Shown here in pieces: positions 23,473-32,000 of a stretch of DNA of 32,000 nt. The stretch spans positions 1 to 32,000 of the forward strand of contig NZ_JAVBXR010000004.1 in assembly GCF_030824455.1 (NCBI RefSeq). The letters are read 5' to 3'. Made by a program: the position numbers and the translations under genes. Positions within the stretch are counted from its first letter, which is position 1. Every line of letters begins with the position of its first letter. This DNA is from Desulfobulbus sp. Lineage in GTDB: Bacteria > Desulfobacterota > Desulfobulbia > Desulfobulbales > Desulfobulbaceae. A model generated the notes under the pieces. That model had not been told where the DNA came from, searched no databases, and worked only from the letters and a program-made list of their open reading frames with translations.

Positions 23473-25212
23473 TCACCTACCGGCAAGTGAAAGAATCGCC
23501 TGGCTGTACTCGGTTTGCAGGGCTTGAAGATACTGTGGATCAATAGGACCTTTCCAGGTGGTGATTTCACGGAACCGTTTAGGGATAGTTATCGATTCAG
23601 GGTGGAAACCGCTGGCAATACGGGTCTGCCAGCGGATCTTCTGAATATTCCTGCCGCACTCGGGTAGAGTGGCGGCCAGCTTTTCATAACCGAGCGACTG
23701 TAGGCAATCTGCCAGGAGTGAATCGGTATAGACATTACGAGCAAAAAGACAGGCAACCATGGAGGTCATGAAGGCACGTGATGCTTCGTCCCGGACAAGA
23801 AATTCCACCGCAGCGTTTACGTCCTGGTTTGCATGTTGCTGATCGTACGAATAACCGCCACTATCCAGATGTGAGTGACGAAACCCGAGTGCTTGTGCTG
23901 TGAAAAACACCTCACCGGTGGCATAACCAGCCATTTCCTGGCCGAGCACGCAGGCAAAATCTCTCCCACCATATACTTCGGCTGCCTTGAGGGTACCTTG
24001 GCCGAGAAGTCGGTAGAAGTCGTTGGCTCCGGCGCCAAAGGAGTTGGCAGCCTGCTGGTAGCTGGCGGAGTCGCCAAAGGTCAGCGGCGCCAAAGTCTCT
24101 TGAACGGAAACGAGACCTTTTTCCGTGGCTTCAGTAGCCCATGCAAGGGCTACCCCGGCGGACATGGCATCCATACCAGCCTTTTCAAACAGGTCAAGGA
24201 GGGTGAGCACAGCAGACCTATCTGTCACTCCCAACATGGTTCCCAGCGAAAAGATCGTTTCATAGTCATAGCTGACCTGCCGGTACAAGTATCTGTGGCT
24301 GTCCATAAATTTTTCCCGGACAAATCCAACATGAATGCAACCTACCGGGCATCCGGAGCAGGCTGAGTTACGCAACAAGGCTTCATCGGCGAATCGCTCC
24401 CCAGAGATTCCATCAACGGCCTCATCGGCCGTTGCCTGGAGGTTGCGCCACGGCAGGGATTGAAGATCGTTGAGTGTCTTGAGATTAGCCGGGGTGCCGA
24501 GATCGTGGTATTTCTTCATCATCCCGCTGTCCGTGACCTGGCTATGCACCTCGGCAAACAACTTGGAGTAGCGGCTCTCTTTGGGCAATGGCAAGATGGC
24601 GTCGCCGTGGATGATAATGGCTTTGAGGTTTTTCACCCCCATTGCCGCGCCGCCCCCCAGTCGTCCAAAATGGCGATAGGTGTCAACATTGATACCCGCT
24701 ATGGCTGCACCGTTCTCTCCCGCCGGGCCAATACGCAAGATGGAACGGTGTCCGGATCCTTTGCTCATGCGCCGCAGAATTTTGCCGGTTTCGAACACGT
24801 CCTGACCCCAGAGAAAACCACAATCCCTAACTTGAAAATGAGTGCCGCTCACTTCAAAAAAACAAAGCGTCGGTGATCGGCCAATCAGCACCAAAGCGTC
24901 GAGACCGGTCAAGCGAAGTGCCATCGCACTGCGGCCGCCGCCGTGGCTCTCGGTATATTGATTATGGTAGGGAGATTTGAAGGCGTAGATCGTCTTGCTC
25001 ATCAAAGGGAAGTAACCAGAGAGCGGGCCTATGGTAAAAATAAGCGGCTGACCGGGAGAATCCCAAGAGGCATCCGGTTGCCCGTATCGGGTGAACAGAA
25101 GGGCTGCCAGGCCACTGCCGCCAGCTACTTGGTCGCGGCCATCCACCTGGATGCGTTCACCTTTTCCGGTGGCCAGGTCAAAGATTAAAACGTTGAAGTG
25201 ATCCCCGTTCAT
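23473..25212 (-). CDS. aor: aldehyde:ferredoxin oxidoreductase family (tungstopterin) enzyme
   Basis: This 579 aa ORF has an AFOR_N-like N-terminus (VLIFDLATGKGERIQVDG...GGSGLAALL) and the [4Fe-4S] motif CSGCPVGC. Its ATG overlaps the upstream ferredoxin gene's stop. Confidence 0.9.
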   Translation of the reverse strand: MNGDHFNVLIFDLATGKGERIQVDGRDQVAGGSGLAALLFTRYGQPDASWDSPGQPLIFTIGPLSGYFPLMSKTIYAFKSPYHNQYTESHGGGRSAMALRLTGLDALVLIGRSPTLCFFEVSGTHFQVRDCGFLWGQDVFETGKILRRMSKGSGHRSILRIGPAGENGAAIAGINVDTYRHFGRLGGGAAMGVKNLKAIIIHGDAILPLPKESRYSKLFAEVHSQVTDSGMMKKYHDLGTPANLKTLNDLQSLPWRNLQATADEAVDGISGERFADEALLRNSACSGCPVGCIHVGFVREKFMDSHRYLYRQVSYDYETIFSLGTMLGVTDRSAVLTLLDLFEKAGMDAMSAGVALAWATEATEKGLVSVQETLAPLTFGDSASYQQAANSFGAGANDFYRLLGQGTLKAAEVYGGRDFACVLGQEMAGYATGEVFFTAQALGFRHSHLDSGGYSYDQQHANQDVNAAVEFLVRDEASRAFMTSMVACLFARNVYTDSLLADCLQSLGYEKLAATLPECGRNIQKIRWQTRIASGFHPESITIPKRFREITTWKGPIDPQYLQALQTEYSQAILSLAGR

Positions 25213-25655
25213 GATGCAGACTCCGTCGAATTGCTGGAGGATGAAAGGCGGAGGCTGTTTACCTCGGCCAGTTCCAGACAGTCATGTGGACAGAAGGGGA
25301 CGCAAAGGCCGCAGTGCAGGCAGACAAAAGGCTCTCCTTCCTGATCGATAAAAATGGCCTCAACCGGGCAGGCTGGGGCGCATGAACCGCAGCGATTGCA
25401 CAGTTTTTTTTTGACCACCACACCGCCGTCCTTGCGCGGAACAAGAGCGCCGGTAGGGCAGGCGGCGGCACAGGGAGGCGGGTCGCAGGCCACGCAATGA
25501 ACGGCGGTGAATCCAGTGGTCAAACCACCAGAAGAATGAATACGAATCCCCGCAGTATCCCAGGAAAGACGATGATGAAGCAGACGAGCGCAGGCCAGGG
25601 AACAGGAGTGGCAACCAATACATCGGTCCATTCGTGGTGTGATCAATATTTTCAT
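25209..25655 (-). CDS. 4Fe-4S polyferredoxin (AOR partner)
   Basis: The internal ATG at 25655 is preceded by GGGGAG. The cluster motifs are CIGCHSCSLAC, CNRCGSCAPACP and CLHCGLCVPFCP. Confidence 0.85.
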   Translation of the reverse strand: MKILITPRMDRCIGCHSCSLACARLLHHRLSWDTAGIRIHSSGGLTTGFTAVHCVACDPPPCAAACPTGALVPRKDGGVVVKKKLCNRCGSCAPACPVEAIFIDQEGEPFVCLHCGLCVPFCPHDCLELAEVNSLRLSSSSNSTESAS

Positions 25656-26247
25656 AGTACTCCCCGCTGGCCAATGAGCTCCATTTTGTGGTTTCAAACT
25701 GAGGCAGGAGATAAACAATTTGTTCTTCTTGAGAAAACAAAACGATCCCCGAATCATCTAACCCTGGCGCCCATTTGATAAGTAGTTCAGCGGGGCAGAC
25801 AATGAGAACGCCTAGATTTACCACACTGTTTCATTTCAGAGGACGATATTTTTCAATCAGTATTTTTGTTCACCTGTCCGATTGAATCTCCGGTCTACTC
25901 GACCTTTGAATGCCCCGCATACACCTGACCAGTTACAGAAGAGGGCTTCGCTTGCTTCTAGGGTAAGCGATACGGATTTCAGCCGATAGAGACAGCCGTT
26001 CGAACTTGCGGCTGCCCATCCCGAGAGCCCAGGCTACAATCTCGGCGAGCATAGACCTCGACACTAAGGGATCCTGTCAATTGCTCTAGTTGCTGCCGTC
26101 CGGCGGGCGTCAAAGTGATGTACATTCCTTCGCTTCATATGACTTCTGCGGGGAACGATGAACAAGGTGGGAAGTGGTGTCTTTTTTCCGTGGTTCTTGC
26201 CGTTGCTCCTCAACCAGCCTTCCCCCTTCCATCCATTGCTTCCTCGT

Positions 26248-28896
26248 TTACGCTTCCGTGCTGAGCGCCCCCCGGACCTTGGCGGCTAAACCTTTCAGAG
26301 TAAAAGGCTTCTGGATGAAGTGCACGCCTTCATCCAGCACACCGTGATGGGCGATAACGTTGGCGGTGTATCCGGACATGAACAAACGTTTGAGGTCGGG
26401 ATAGAGGGTCAAGAGGTTCTTCGCCAGGTCACGACCATTCATCTCGGGCATGACAACATCCGTCATCAGCAGGTCGATTTTGCCGGCGTGCTCTCTGGCC
26501 AAACGAATGGCTTCGCCCGGTGTTGCCCCCGCCAGGACGGTATATCCGAGACGTTCAAGCATCGCCATGGTCATATCGAGGATCATAGGCTCATCTTCCA
26601 CCAACAAAATGGTTTCATGGCCAGACAAGGCAGGAGTCGCCACCTCAGCCTCCGGTTTCTCGTCAGCCAAGGGTACGTACCGTGGCAGATACACCTTGAA
26701 CGTCGTGCCTTGGCCCGGTTCGCTGTAGACATTGATAAAACCGTTGTTCTGCTTAACGATGCCATAGACCGTGGCCAACCCCAGGCCGGTGCCCTGATCC
26801 ATTTTCTTGGTGGTGAAAAACGGCTCAAACAGGTGGGAAATAATCTCGGGGGCCATTCCGCAGCCATTGTCGCTCACGGCCAGCAGCACAAACTCGCCGG
26901 GGATAAAACCGGTGTGCCCGGCACAGTAGGTTGCATCAAAAAACACGTTGCCCGTTTCGATGGTGACCTTGCCGGTATCCGCTATGGCGTCCCGAGCATT
27001 CACACAAAGATTTGCCAGCATCTGGTCGATCTGGGTGGGGTCCATTTTAACCAGCCACAGATTCTTCCCCGGCAGCCAGGCAAGATCAAGATCCTCACCG
27101 ATGAGTCGCAGCAGCATTTTGGTCATGCTTTCCACGGTCTTGTTGAGATCGATCACCTTGGGAGCAATGGTCTGTTTGCGGGCAAAGGCCAACAACTGCC
27201 GGGTGAGGTCGGCCGAGCGTTGCGCTGCCTGTTGGATCCCTTGAAGGGCCGAATGGATCGGCTGATTTTCATCGACCTGCTCCAAGATCAGCTCCGAGTA
27301 CCCGAGAATCACCCCAAGCATGTTGTTGAAGTCGTGGGCAACGCCTCCCGCCAACCGCCCGACAGATTCCATCTTCTGCGCCTGTGTCAGTTGAGCTTGG
27401 ACATCCTCTCGCTCTTTTTCGGCTTGTTTTCTTGCTGTAAGGTCCTCCAGGAGGGCTAGAATATAATCAACCGCACCGTCTGCTTGTCTGACACACGCCA
27501 CCGCAAGGTTGGTATGGATCACCAATCCGTCTTTGCGCACGAAACGTTTTTCAATGGTATAGTCGTCGATTTCCCCTGCGATTAACCGCTCAAATTGGAT
27601 CAAATCAGGAGCAAGATCCTCTGGATAGGTCAGGTCCGCCCAATTCAACTTGGCGAGTTCATCTTGGGTGTAACCTAGCATTTCGCATAAACGACCATTC
27701 ACCTGCATCCAGCCTTTTTCGGGCGAAGTGATGGCCATGCCAACCAGTTGGCGCTCAAAGAACAGGCGCACCCTCTCTTCGCTCTTTTGCAATTCCAGGA
27801 CAACGCGCTTCTTTTCGGTGATATCCAAGATGACACCATCAAGCCAAAGTGGCTTGTGATCTTCATCGTACACCGCAATTCCTTTTTCAAACAGCCAACG
27901 AACGCCTCCATCTTTATGAAATATCCTGTATTCAATTTCATATGGCTTGCCCACAGCGACGCTGGCATTGAACTCATTGTTGACTCTTAATAAATCTTCT
28001 GGGTGAATGAGTAAATCGAGACTCGTTTGTCCTGTCAACAATTCCTGGGAGGAATATCCAATGATTTGCTCGATCAGATCACTAATATATTCAAATTTTC
28101 TTGTCGGCCATAGCGCACACCGGTAGACAATGCCTGGAATATTGGATACGAGCGACCTGAAACGCGCTTCACTTCTTGCAAGGGCCTCCTGTGAGGATTT
28201 GGCAACGCCTATTTCCTGTATAAGATTTTCACGCATATTGTTTATCGCAGATTCAACCAGGCTCAATTCGTCATATTCCTGTCCTTTGCGTTCTCTCCTT
28301 TGTATTACGAGCGGATCATCAAGATTTGTTAAGCTGAAAGATCGGGCAAATGCCGCCATCGTGTAGAGATGTCTGCCAACAAAATAATGGAAAATGAAAA
28401 ATATAAAAATGGAGACAAAAAATATTTTTAACGTTTCAGTGAAGAAGATGACACGCACGCTACTCCAAAGACGATGATGCATGCCCTGTAGACTTACTTC
28501 AACTTTCAGGGTGCCCAGTTCTTGATCCTGCCCTCGATGTTTGTACGTCAGGGGAAAATCATAGGATTGATACGCTCCTTGTGCCGGCATTCCCGTTTCG
28601 AGCAGCTGCTCACTGCTTTTTTGGATGCTCACATAGCTCACATCCGGCAGGTTTTTGATCCCTTGAATCTGCGCCTCTAGCATGGAACGATCATATATCC
28701 AGAGGTGCGGCACAAGAGTTGTTACGTGTGCTCTTCTTATCTGGTCAACCGTTATCGCAATTTGCCCAACATCTCGTCTATACTCAAAAAATACCTGAAC
28801 AGCCGTGCTGATCAGTGTAACCAAGGCACTGCAAAAAAAAATGTAGAGAACAAATCGATAAGCAATAGATTTTCCTATACCGAACTGTTTCTGCAT
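26248..28896 (-). CDS. hybrid sensor histidine kinase (2 TM periplasmic sensor, HAMP, PAS x2, HisKA, HATPase, receiver)
   Basis: This 882 aa ORF has the H-box GGVAHDFNNML and the ATPase motifs DNGCGM and GTGLGL. The receiver domain includes LLMTDVVMPEMNG. Confidence 0.9.
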   Translation of the reverse strand: MQKQFGIGKSIAYRFVLYIFFCSALVTLISTAVQVFFEYRRDVGQIAITVDQIRRAHVTTLVPHLWIYDRSMLEAQIQGIKNLPDVSYVSIQKSSEQLLETGMPAQGAYQSYDFPLTYKHRGQDQELGTLKVEVSLQGMHHRLWSSVRVIFFTETLKIFFVSIFIFFIFHYFVGRHLYTMAAFARSFSLTNLDDPLVIQRRERKGQEYDELSLVESAINNMRENLIQEIGVAKSSQEALARSEARFRSLVSNIPGIVYRCALWPTRKFEYISDLIEQIIGYSSQELLTGQTSLDLLIHPEDLLRVNNEFNASVAVGKPYEIEYRIFHKDGGVRWLFEKGIAVYDEDHKPLWLDGVILDITEKKRVVLELQKSEERVRLFFERQLVGMAITSPEKGWMQVNGRLCEMLGYTQDELAKLNWADLTYPEDLAPDLIQFERLIAGEIDDYTIEKRFVRKDGLVIHTNLAVACVRQADGAVDYILALLEDLTARKQAEKEREDVQAQLTQAQKMESVGRLAGGVAHDFNNMLGVILGYSELILEQVDENQPIHSALQGIQQAAQRSADLTRQLLAFARKQTIAPKVIDLNKTVESMTKMLLRLIGEDLDLAWLPGKNLWLVKMDPTQIDQMLANLCVNARDAIADTGKVTIETGNVFFDATYCAGHTGFIPGEFVLLAVSDNGCGMAPEIISHLFEPFFTTKKMDQGTGLGLATVYGIVKQNNGFINVYSEPGQGTTFKVYLPRYVPLADEKPEAEVATPALSGHETILLVEDEPMILDMTMAMLERLGYTVLAGATPGEAIRLAREHAGKIDLLMTDVVMPEMNGRDLAKNLLTLYPDLKRLFMSGYTANVIAHHGVLDEGVHFIQKPFTLKGLAAKVRGALSTEA

Positions 28897-28898
28897 CG

Positions 28899-29633
28899 TT
28901 ATTTTTCCGATTCCGGTAAATATTGGCTCAAGGCATTTCTTTTTATACTGAGGTAGGTACCGTCACTCTTTATGGCTTTTAAGGCTTCAGCCAATGGCAG
29001 GATAACCTTATCCAAGTCTTTGTGGAGATACAAGAACATATCCTTTGTTGCAAACGGTGAATCCAAAGCATGAATCCCTTGCAAACCCAACTCTTTGATC
29101 ATTCCATATCCGTCGATTTTGTTGTAGACTACAAGATCAATTTTATCCTCCTCCAATGATCGAAACAGTACTTCAGCGTTTTTCACCTTTGTCAGATTTT
29201 TGCAGGCAACGATATTTTTTTCGAGAATTTTCCACCCATTTACTATGCCGACATGATAATTTTGCAACGAATCCCAACCGTTCATGCGCAGACTGGGGTC
29301 CTTGCCAAAAGCGACAAATTCATACTCGCTTATTTTTTCCGGCACAATGCTCAGATTTTTATACTCGCTCTCCAATCCTTGAATTCTGACATAGATCCCT
29401 TTCTCGATTCCTTCGTTCGCGTTCAGGAGCGCCCTTTCCGCTGGAAGGTGCGCAATATCTATCTGGAGGCCAATGCGTCTAAAAGCCTCTCTGACAATCT
29501 GATCATGAAACCCCATTCCATCTGATGTCGAGAGAGGGACGCCATCCGCTGTCCCGATAACAAGGGGAGGTTCAGCGGCAAGCACCTGGGAAAACAAACA
29601 TATCGCGATCAAAACTGCTGTGCAGAATTTCAT
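28899..29633 (-). CDS. periplasmic substrate-binding protein (PBP2/family-3-like), probably partnered with the kinase
   Basis: The internal ATG at 29633 is preceded by AGGAGA. The signal peptide is MKFCTAVLIAICLFSQVLAA. The stop lies 2 nt before the kinase start. Confidence 0.75.
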   Translation of the reverse strand: MKFCTAVLIAICLFSQVLAAEPPLVIGTADGVPLSTSDGMGFHDQIVREAFRRIGLQIDIAHLPAERALLNANEGIEKGIYVRIQGLESEYKNLSIVPEKISEYEFVAFGKDPSLRMNGWDSLQNYHVGIVNGWKILEKNIVACKNLTKVKNAEVLFRSLEEDKIDLVVYNKIDGYGMIKELGLQGIHALDSPFATKDMFLYLHKDLDKVILPLAEALKAIKSDGTYLSIKRNALSQYLPESEK

Positions 29634-29729
29634 ATACACCTCTCCTTTTTCCGGAAAATCTGATGCTCTCCCTTGGCTATGGCCGTTAATTTGAGCATAT
29701 TCGTCCGTAATCACAATGGAATCATCGAA

Positions 29730-30322
29730 TTAAAGAGATAATAGGCGACCCCAATGCAAAATGCTATCAGGGATATCGCCGTCACTACGCTGGATCAGGT
29801 GGATGTGGCAATGAAAAACAGCCTCGTCCGCAGAGCCTGAGCCCCGCCGGAGGTGAAAGGGGTGGGGGGCTGCCGCCTTCCCGCACCATCTCCTCGCCCA
29901 GGATCATTTCAGCATGGGTGCCTTCCTGGCAGAACTGATATTCCCTATTGTGTTTGTGCGCTCGTTTTGCGAATCACAGGCGAGCCAGTAGTCGCTCCGC
30001 CTTGCGCGCCTCTAGCTGCTCAACGAGCCGGGCGGCCGTGAAGGACTTGGAGTTGCTCGTACAATTGTCCAAACTCGGAGCTTGGGCAGCGAGATGCAGA
30101 TGGTTTTCCATGATCACAGAGCCGAAGAGCCGTAGCCCGGCGTTTCCACGCTGGAGCGCGGGAACGATCAAATTCATTTTTCGCAGTGATACTGAAATCT
30201 TTCTTCGGTGGTCGGGCCTTCGTGCTCAATTGACGGCAATTCCCACGGACGAACACATTGCTTTTAATGGCTATGAACAAAACTCAGCACAATTTGATGT
30301 GAAGCCGCGCCCGATTTGGCAT
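29730..30322 (-). pseudogene. decayed Y1 (HUH) transposase, RAYT/IS200-like
   Basis: Fragments appear in three reverse-strand frames. They are MPNRARLHIKLC*, then ..NVFVRGNCRQ.., then GLRLFGSVIMENHLHLAAQ...SKSFTAARL (HUH motif NHLHL), then REYQFCQEGTHAEMI and a C-terminal ..HIHLIQ.. segment. Several stops and frameshifts interrupt the gene. Confidence 0.5.
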
Positions 30323-30565
30323 CGCGACAAAAAGTTAATGCCATCTTCCCACCCAGGCGTAAATGCTGATACAAGGCGAGTGAGCAACGTATCAGGCTGA
30401 GTTTCATTCAGAGCCACATTGCTTTTTGTTTTTGCACCATATATAGCCGGCAGGACCAAGGAACCCGTGCGTATCACGATCCCCGCCGACCAAAGCAGAC
30501 CGAATGAATCTGGTTATCTCTTTGTGTCAATTAAGCGGATAATTGGCTCCTTCAAAGCGACTAAC

Positions 30566-31054
30566 TTAATTGCCTTCCGCCAATTTAATCTCGGTTATAC
30601 GGGGCAATATATTTTCTTCTTTCCGCTTTTTTTGCCACACCGCCATTTCTTCGAATCGCTTGGGGAACTCTTGTATAAAATCGATGGCGGTTCTGGTGCT
30701 CCGGCCACTTTCTTCAACCTGCCATTCTTTAATGAGTTCGAAAAACTCGTCCATTATTTGATCGTAGCTGTCCTTTTCTGGATATTGTCCTGAAGCAGTG
30801 GGGCTCAAAAAAGCTCCACCCCTCGTTGTTGAATGATCCTCATAGCGGATCAACTCGTCCTTCGAAAGCCCGAATTTTTCCTCAATCATGTCGAACCAGG
30901 TTTCTGGGATTTTATTCTTCCTTTTGGCGTCGGTGATTGCTTGCGGAGAAATCCCAAGAGCTTGAGCCACTCCCTTTTGATTTTTCCCTCTCGATATCTT
31001 CTTAATTTTTTTGAACAAATTCTCAAAGCTGAGAGATTCCACTTGGTTCACCAA
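30566..31054 (-). CDS. phage CI-repressor-type HTH regulator, paralogue of 891..1307
   Basis: LSFENLFKKIKKISRGKNQKGVAQALGISPQAITDAKRKNKIPETWFDMI aligns with MSFEQIWGRIKERTDIRTFSELADLVGTTGPYISRKKKENDFPVIWAYEI. The C-terminal IKEWQVEE...FPKRFEEMAVWQKKRKEE aligns with IEEWLMEE...FDKAFEEFKKWKEEKEE. The start is TTG or GTG. Confidence 0.7.
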   Translation of the reverse strand: MVNQVESLSFENLFKKIKKISRGKNQKGVAQALGISPQAITDAKRKNKIPETWFDMIEEKFGLSKDELIRYEDHSTTRGGAFLSPTASGQYPEKDSYDQIMDEFFELIKEWQVEESGRSTRTAIDFIQEFPKRFEEMAVWQKKRKEENILPRITEIKLAEGN

Positions 31055-31067
31055 ATTTTCGCTTGAT

Positions 31068-31100
31068 CTGCTTTATTTTTTGAAGTAAAAAATAAAGCAG
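31068..31100. promoter_or_regulatory. perfect 14-bp inverted repeat just upstream of the CI-type gene
   Basis: The repeat CTGCTTTATTTTTT-gaagt-AAAAAATAAAGCAG begins 14 nt from the gene start at 31054. Confidence 0.5.
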
Positions 31101-31607
31101 AATAAAACAGTATTGAAGGGGGTAAAACAAAGCTACAAATTGCCCAGGAGGAAATGGAAAAAATCACACCTGGATTCTGAAACAAGCGACAATAACAAAA
31201 GAAGAGTGTCGCAATTCAAAAACCACAAAAATAATAAGTTGAAACTAATACAAGAAGAGATCCTGCGGTTGCCATAACCAATTAAAACCAATACGTAATC
31301 TTTTATAAGTCGTCTAGGGCTGCCGATTACGATGTCCGTATCTTAGCAGGAGTTTGTCATTTTACGCAAATCAAATAGTGTTCAAAATATTCAAAGTGAA
31401 ATCTTGCGTCCATTGTCCACGAACCTTGAGCGATGTCAAGCTGACGGATCATGCCGCTCAACTCATGATAAAGGCATGTGAATAGAGGGCGGGGAATATT
31501 GGTCAATTAGAAACTATTATCCGCATAATCGGAAAATTACATGGCACGCGATTCGATTATGCTCTGTAGGAATTCCATTTAACAAATGGTGGCAGTCAGT
31601 TGCGTAA

Positions 31608-32000
31608 ATGATGAAAGGACAATTGGAAATCCAAAGAGAGCAAATTCCTGAACTGCCAAGCATTGTTGAGCCGTATGGAATTCCACGGCTGCCGGAGGCT
31701 GCGCAAAAAAATCACGTTGCTCCCAACACTTTTTTGCAATCCGCCATGTTTGGCATGGTGCAACGTGGTCACCGGAAATATTTGGAAAAACGAAAAATTT
31801 TATCTTTCGAAATGTGACCATTTTTTTCACAGGAGGTGCCCTCGATCAGGGGGATTTAGACGTAATCCTTCATGCCATGCATCTTGCCGCGCAACAGTCA
31901 ACGGCAAAGAAGGCAAATGGGTTGGTTAAATTTTCGGTACGGGGTTTTTTGAAAGCATTGAACAAGAAGCCGGGAAAATCAGGCCTGGATTGGCTGTTCA
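31608..32000 (+). pseudogene. TrfA-like plasmid replication initiator, frameshifted and truncated by the window end
   Basis: One frame reads ...LPEAAQKNHVAPNTFLQSAMFGMVQRGHRKYLEKRKILSFE and stops at 31815-31817. From ~31811, another frame continues NVTIFFTGGALDQGDLDVILHAMHLAAQQ...VKFSVRGFLKALNKKPGKSGLDWL. Joined, they follow the TrfA pattern (PN.fLRSALF...I.YtG..LdQ.DlDV...lhLA...F....FLkalGr) as I recall it. Confidence 0.5.

Noticed and set aside
30486-30492. CCGACCA, identical to the tRNA-Pro 3' terminus, considered as a distal att direct repeat.
   Set aside because: The match is only 7 nt, and the upstream bases do not match the T arm. This is at chance level.
1-32000. CRISPR arrays, rRNA genes, and intact IS elements with terminal inverted repeats.
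   Set aside because: I saw no regularly spaced direct repeats of 24-40 nt, no rRNA-like sequence, and no intact transposase. The only transposase-like sequence is the decayed Y1 gene.

Overview
This window is mostly accessory DNA, a mosaic of at least four mobile or defence modules joined to a short core-like block.
(1) 1-1307: the start of a minus-strand operon that ends in a P-loop NTPase running off the window. It sits divergent from a phage-CI-type HTH regulator.
(2) ~1400-7490: eight small, same-strand, mostly AT-rich ORFs separated by imperfect palindromic spacers with RYYYAAC...GTTRRRY ends. This looks like an integron-type cassette array, but no IntI is in view (CALIN-like). One cassette encodes a DUF4062 (TIR/N-deoxyribosyltransferase-like) protein.
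(3) 7494-10018: two divergent tyrosine integrases flank a 3' half of tRNA-Pro(GGG) and its terminator.
(4) 10371-20198: a six-gene, translationally coupled operon, hsdR-hsdM-DUF1016 nuclease-hsdS followed by an ABC-type ATPase and a TIGR02646-like HNH protein (Septu PtuA/PtuB-like). I rate this the most interesting system in the window.
(5) 20384-22267: a class III (NmFic-like) Fic protein and an ArsR-DUF2087-GIY-YIG fusion.
(6) 22570-29633: core-like genes, namely an FCY1-type cytosine deaminase, a tungsten-type aldehyde:ferredoxin oxidoreductase with a polyferredoxin, and a PAS hybrid histidine kinase with a periplasmic binding protein.
(7) 29730-32000: a decayed Y1 (RAYT/IS200-like) transposase, a second paralogous CI-type regulator, and a frameshifted TrfA-like replication gene that runs off the window.
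All family assignments come from motifs read by eye in the supplied translations. No database search was run.
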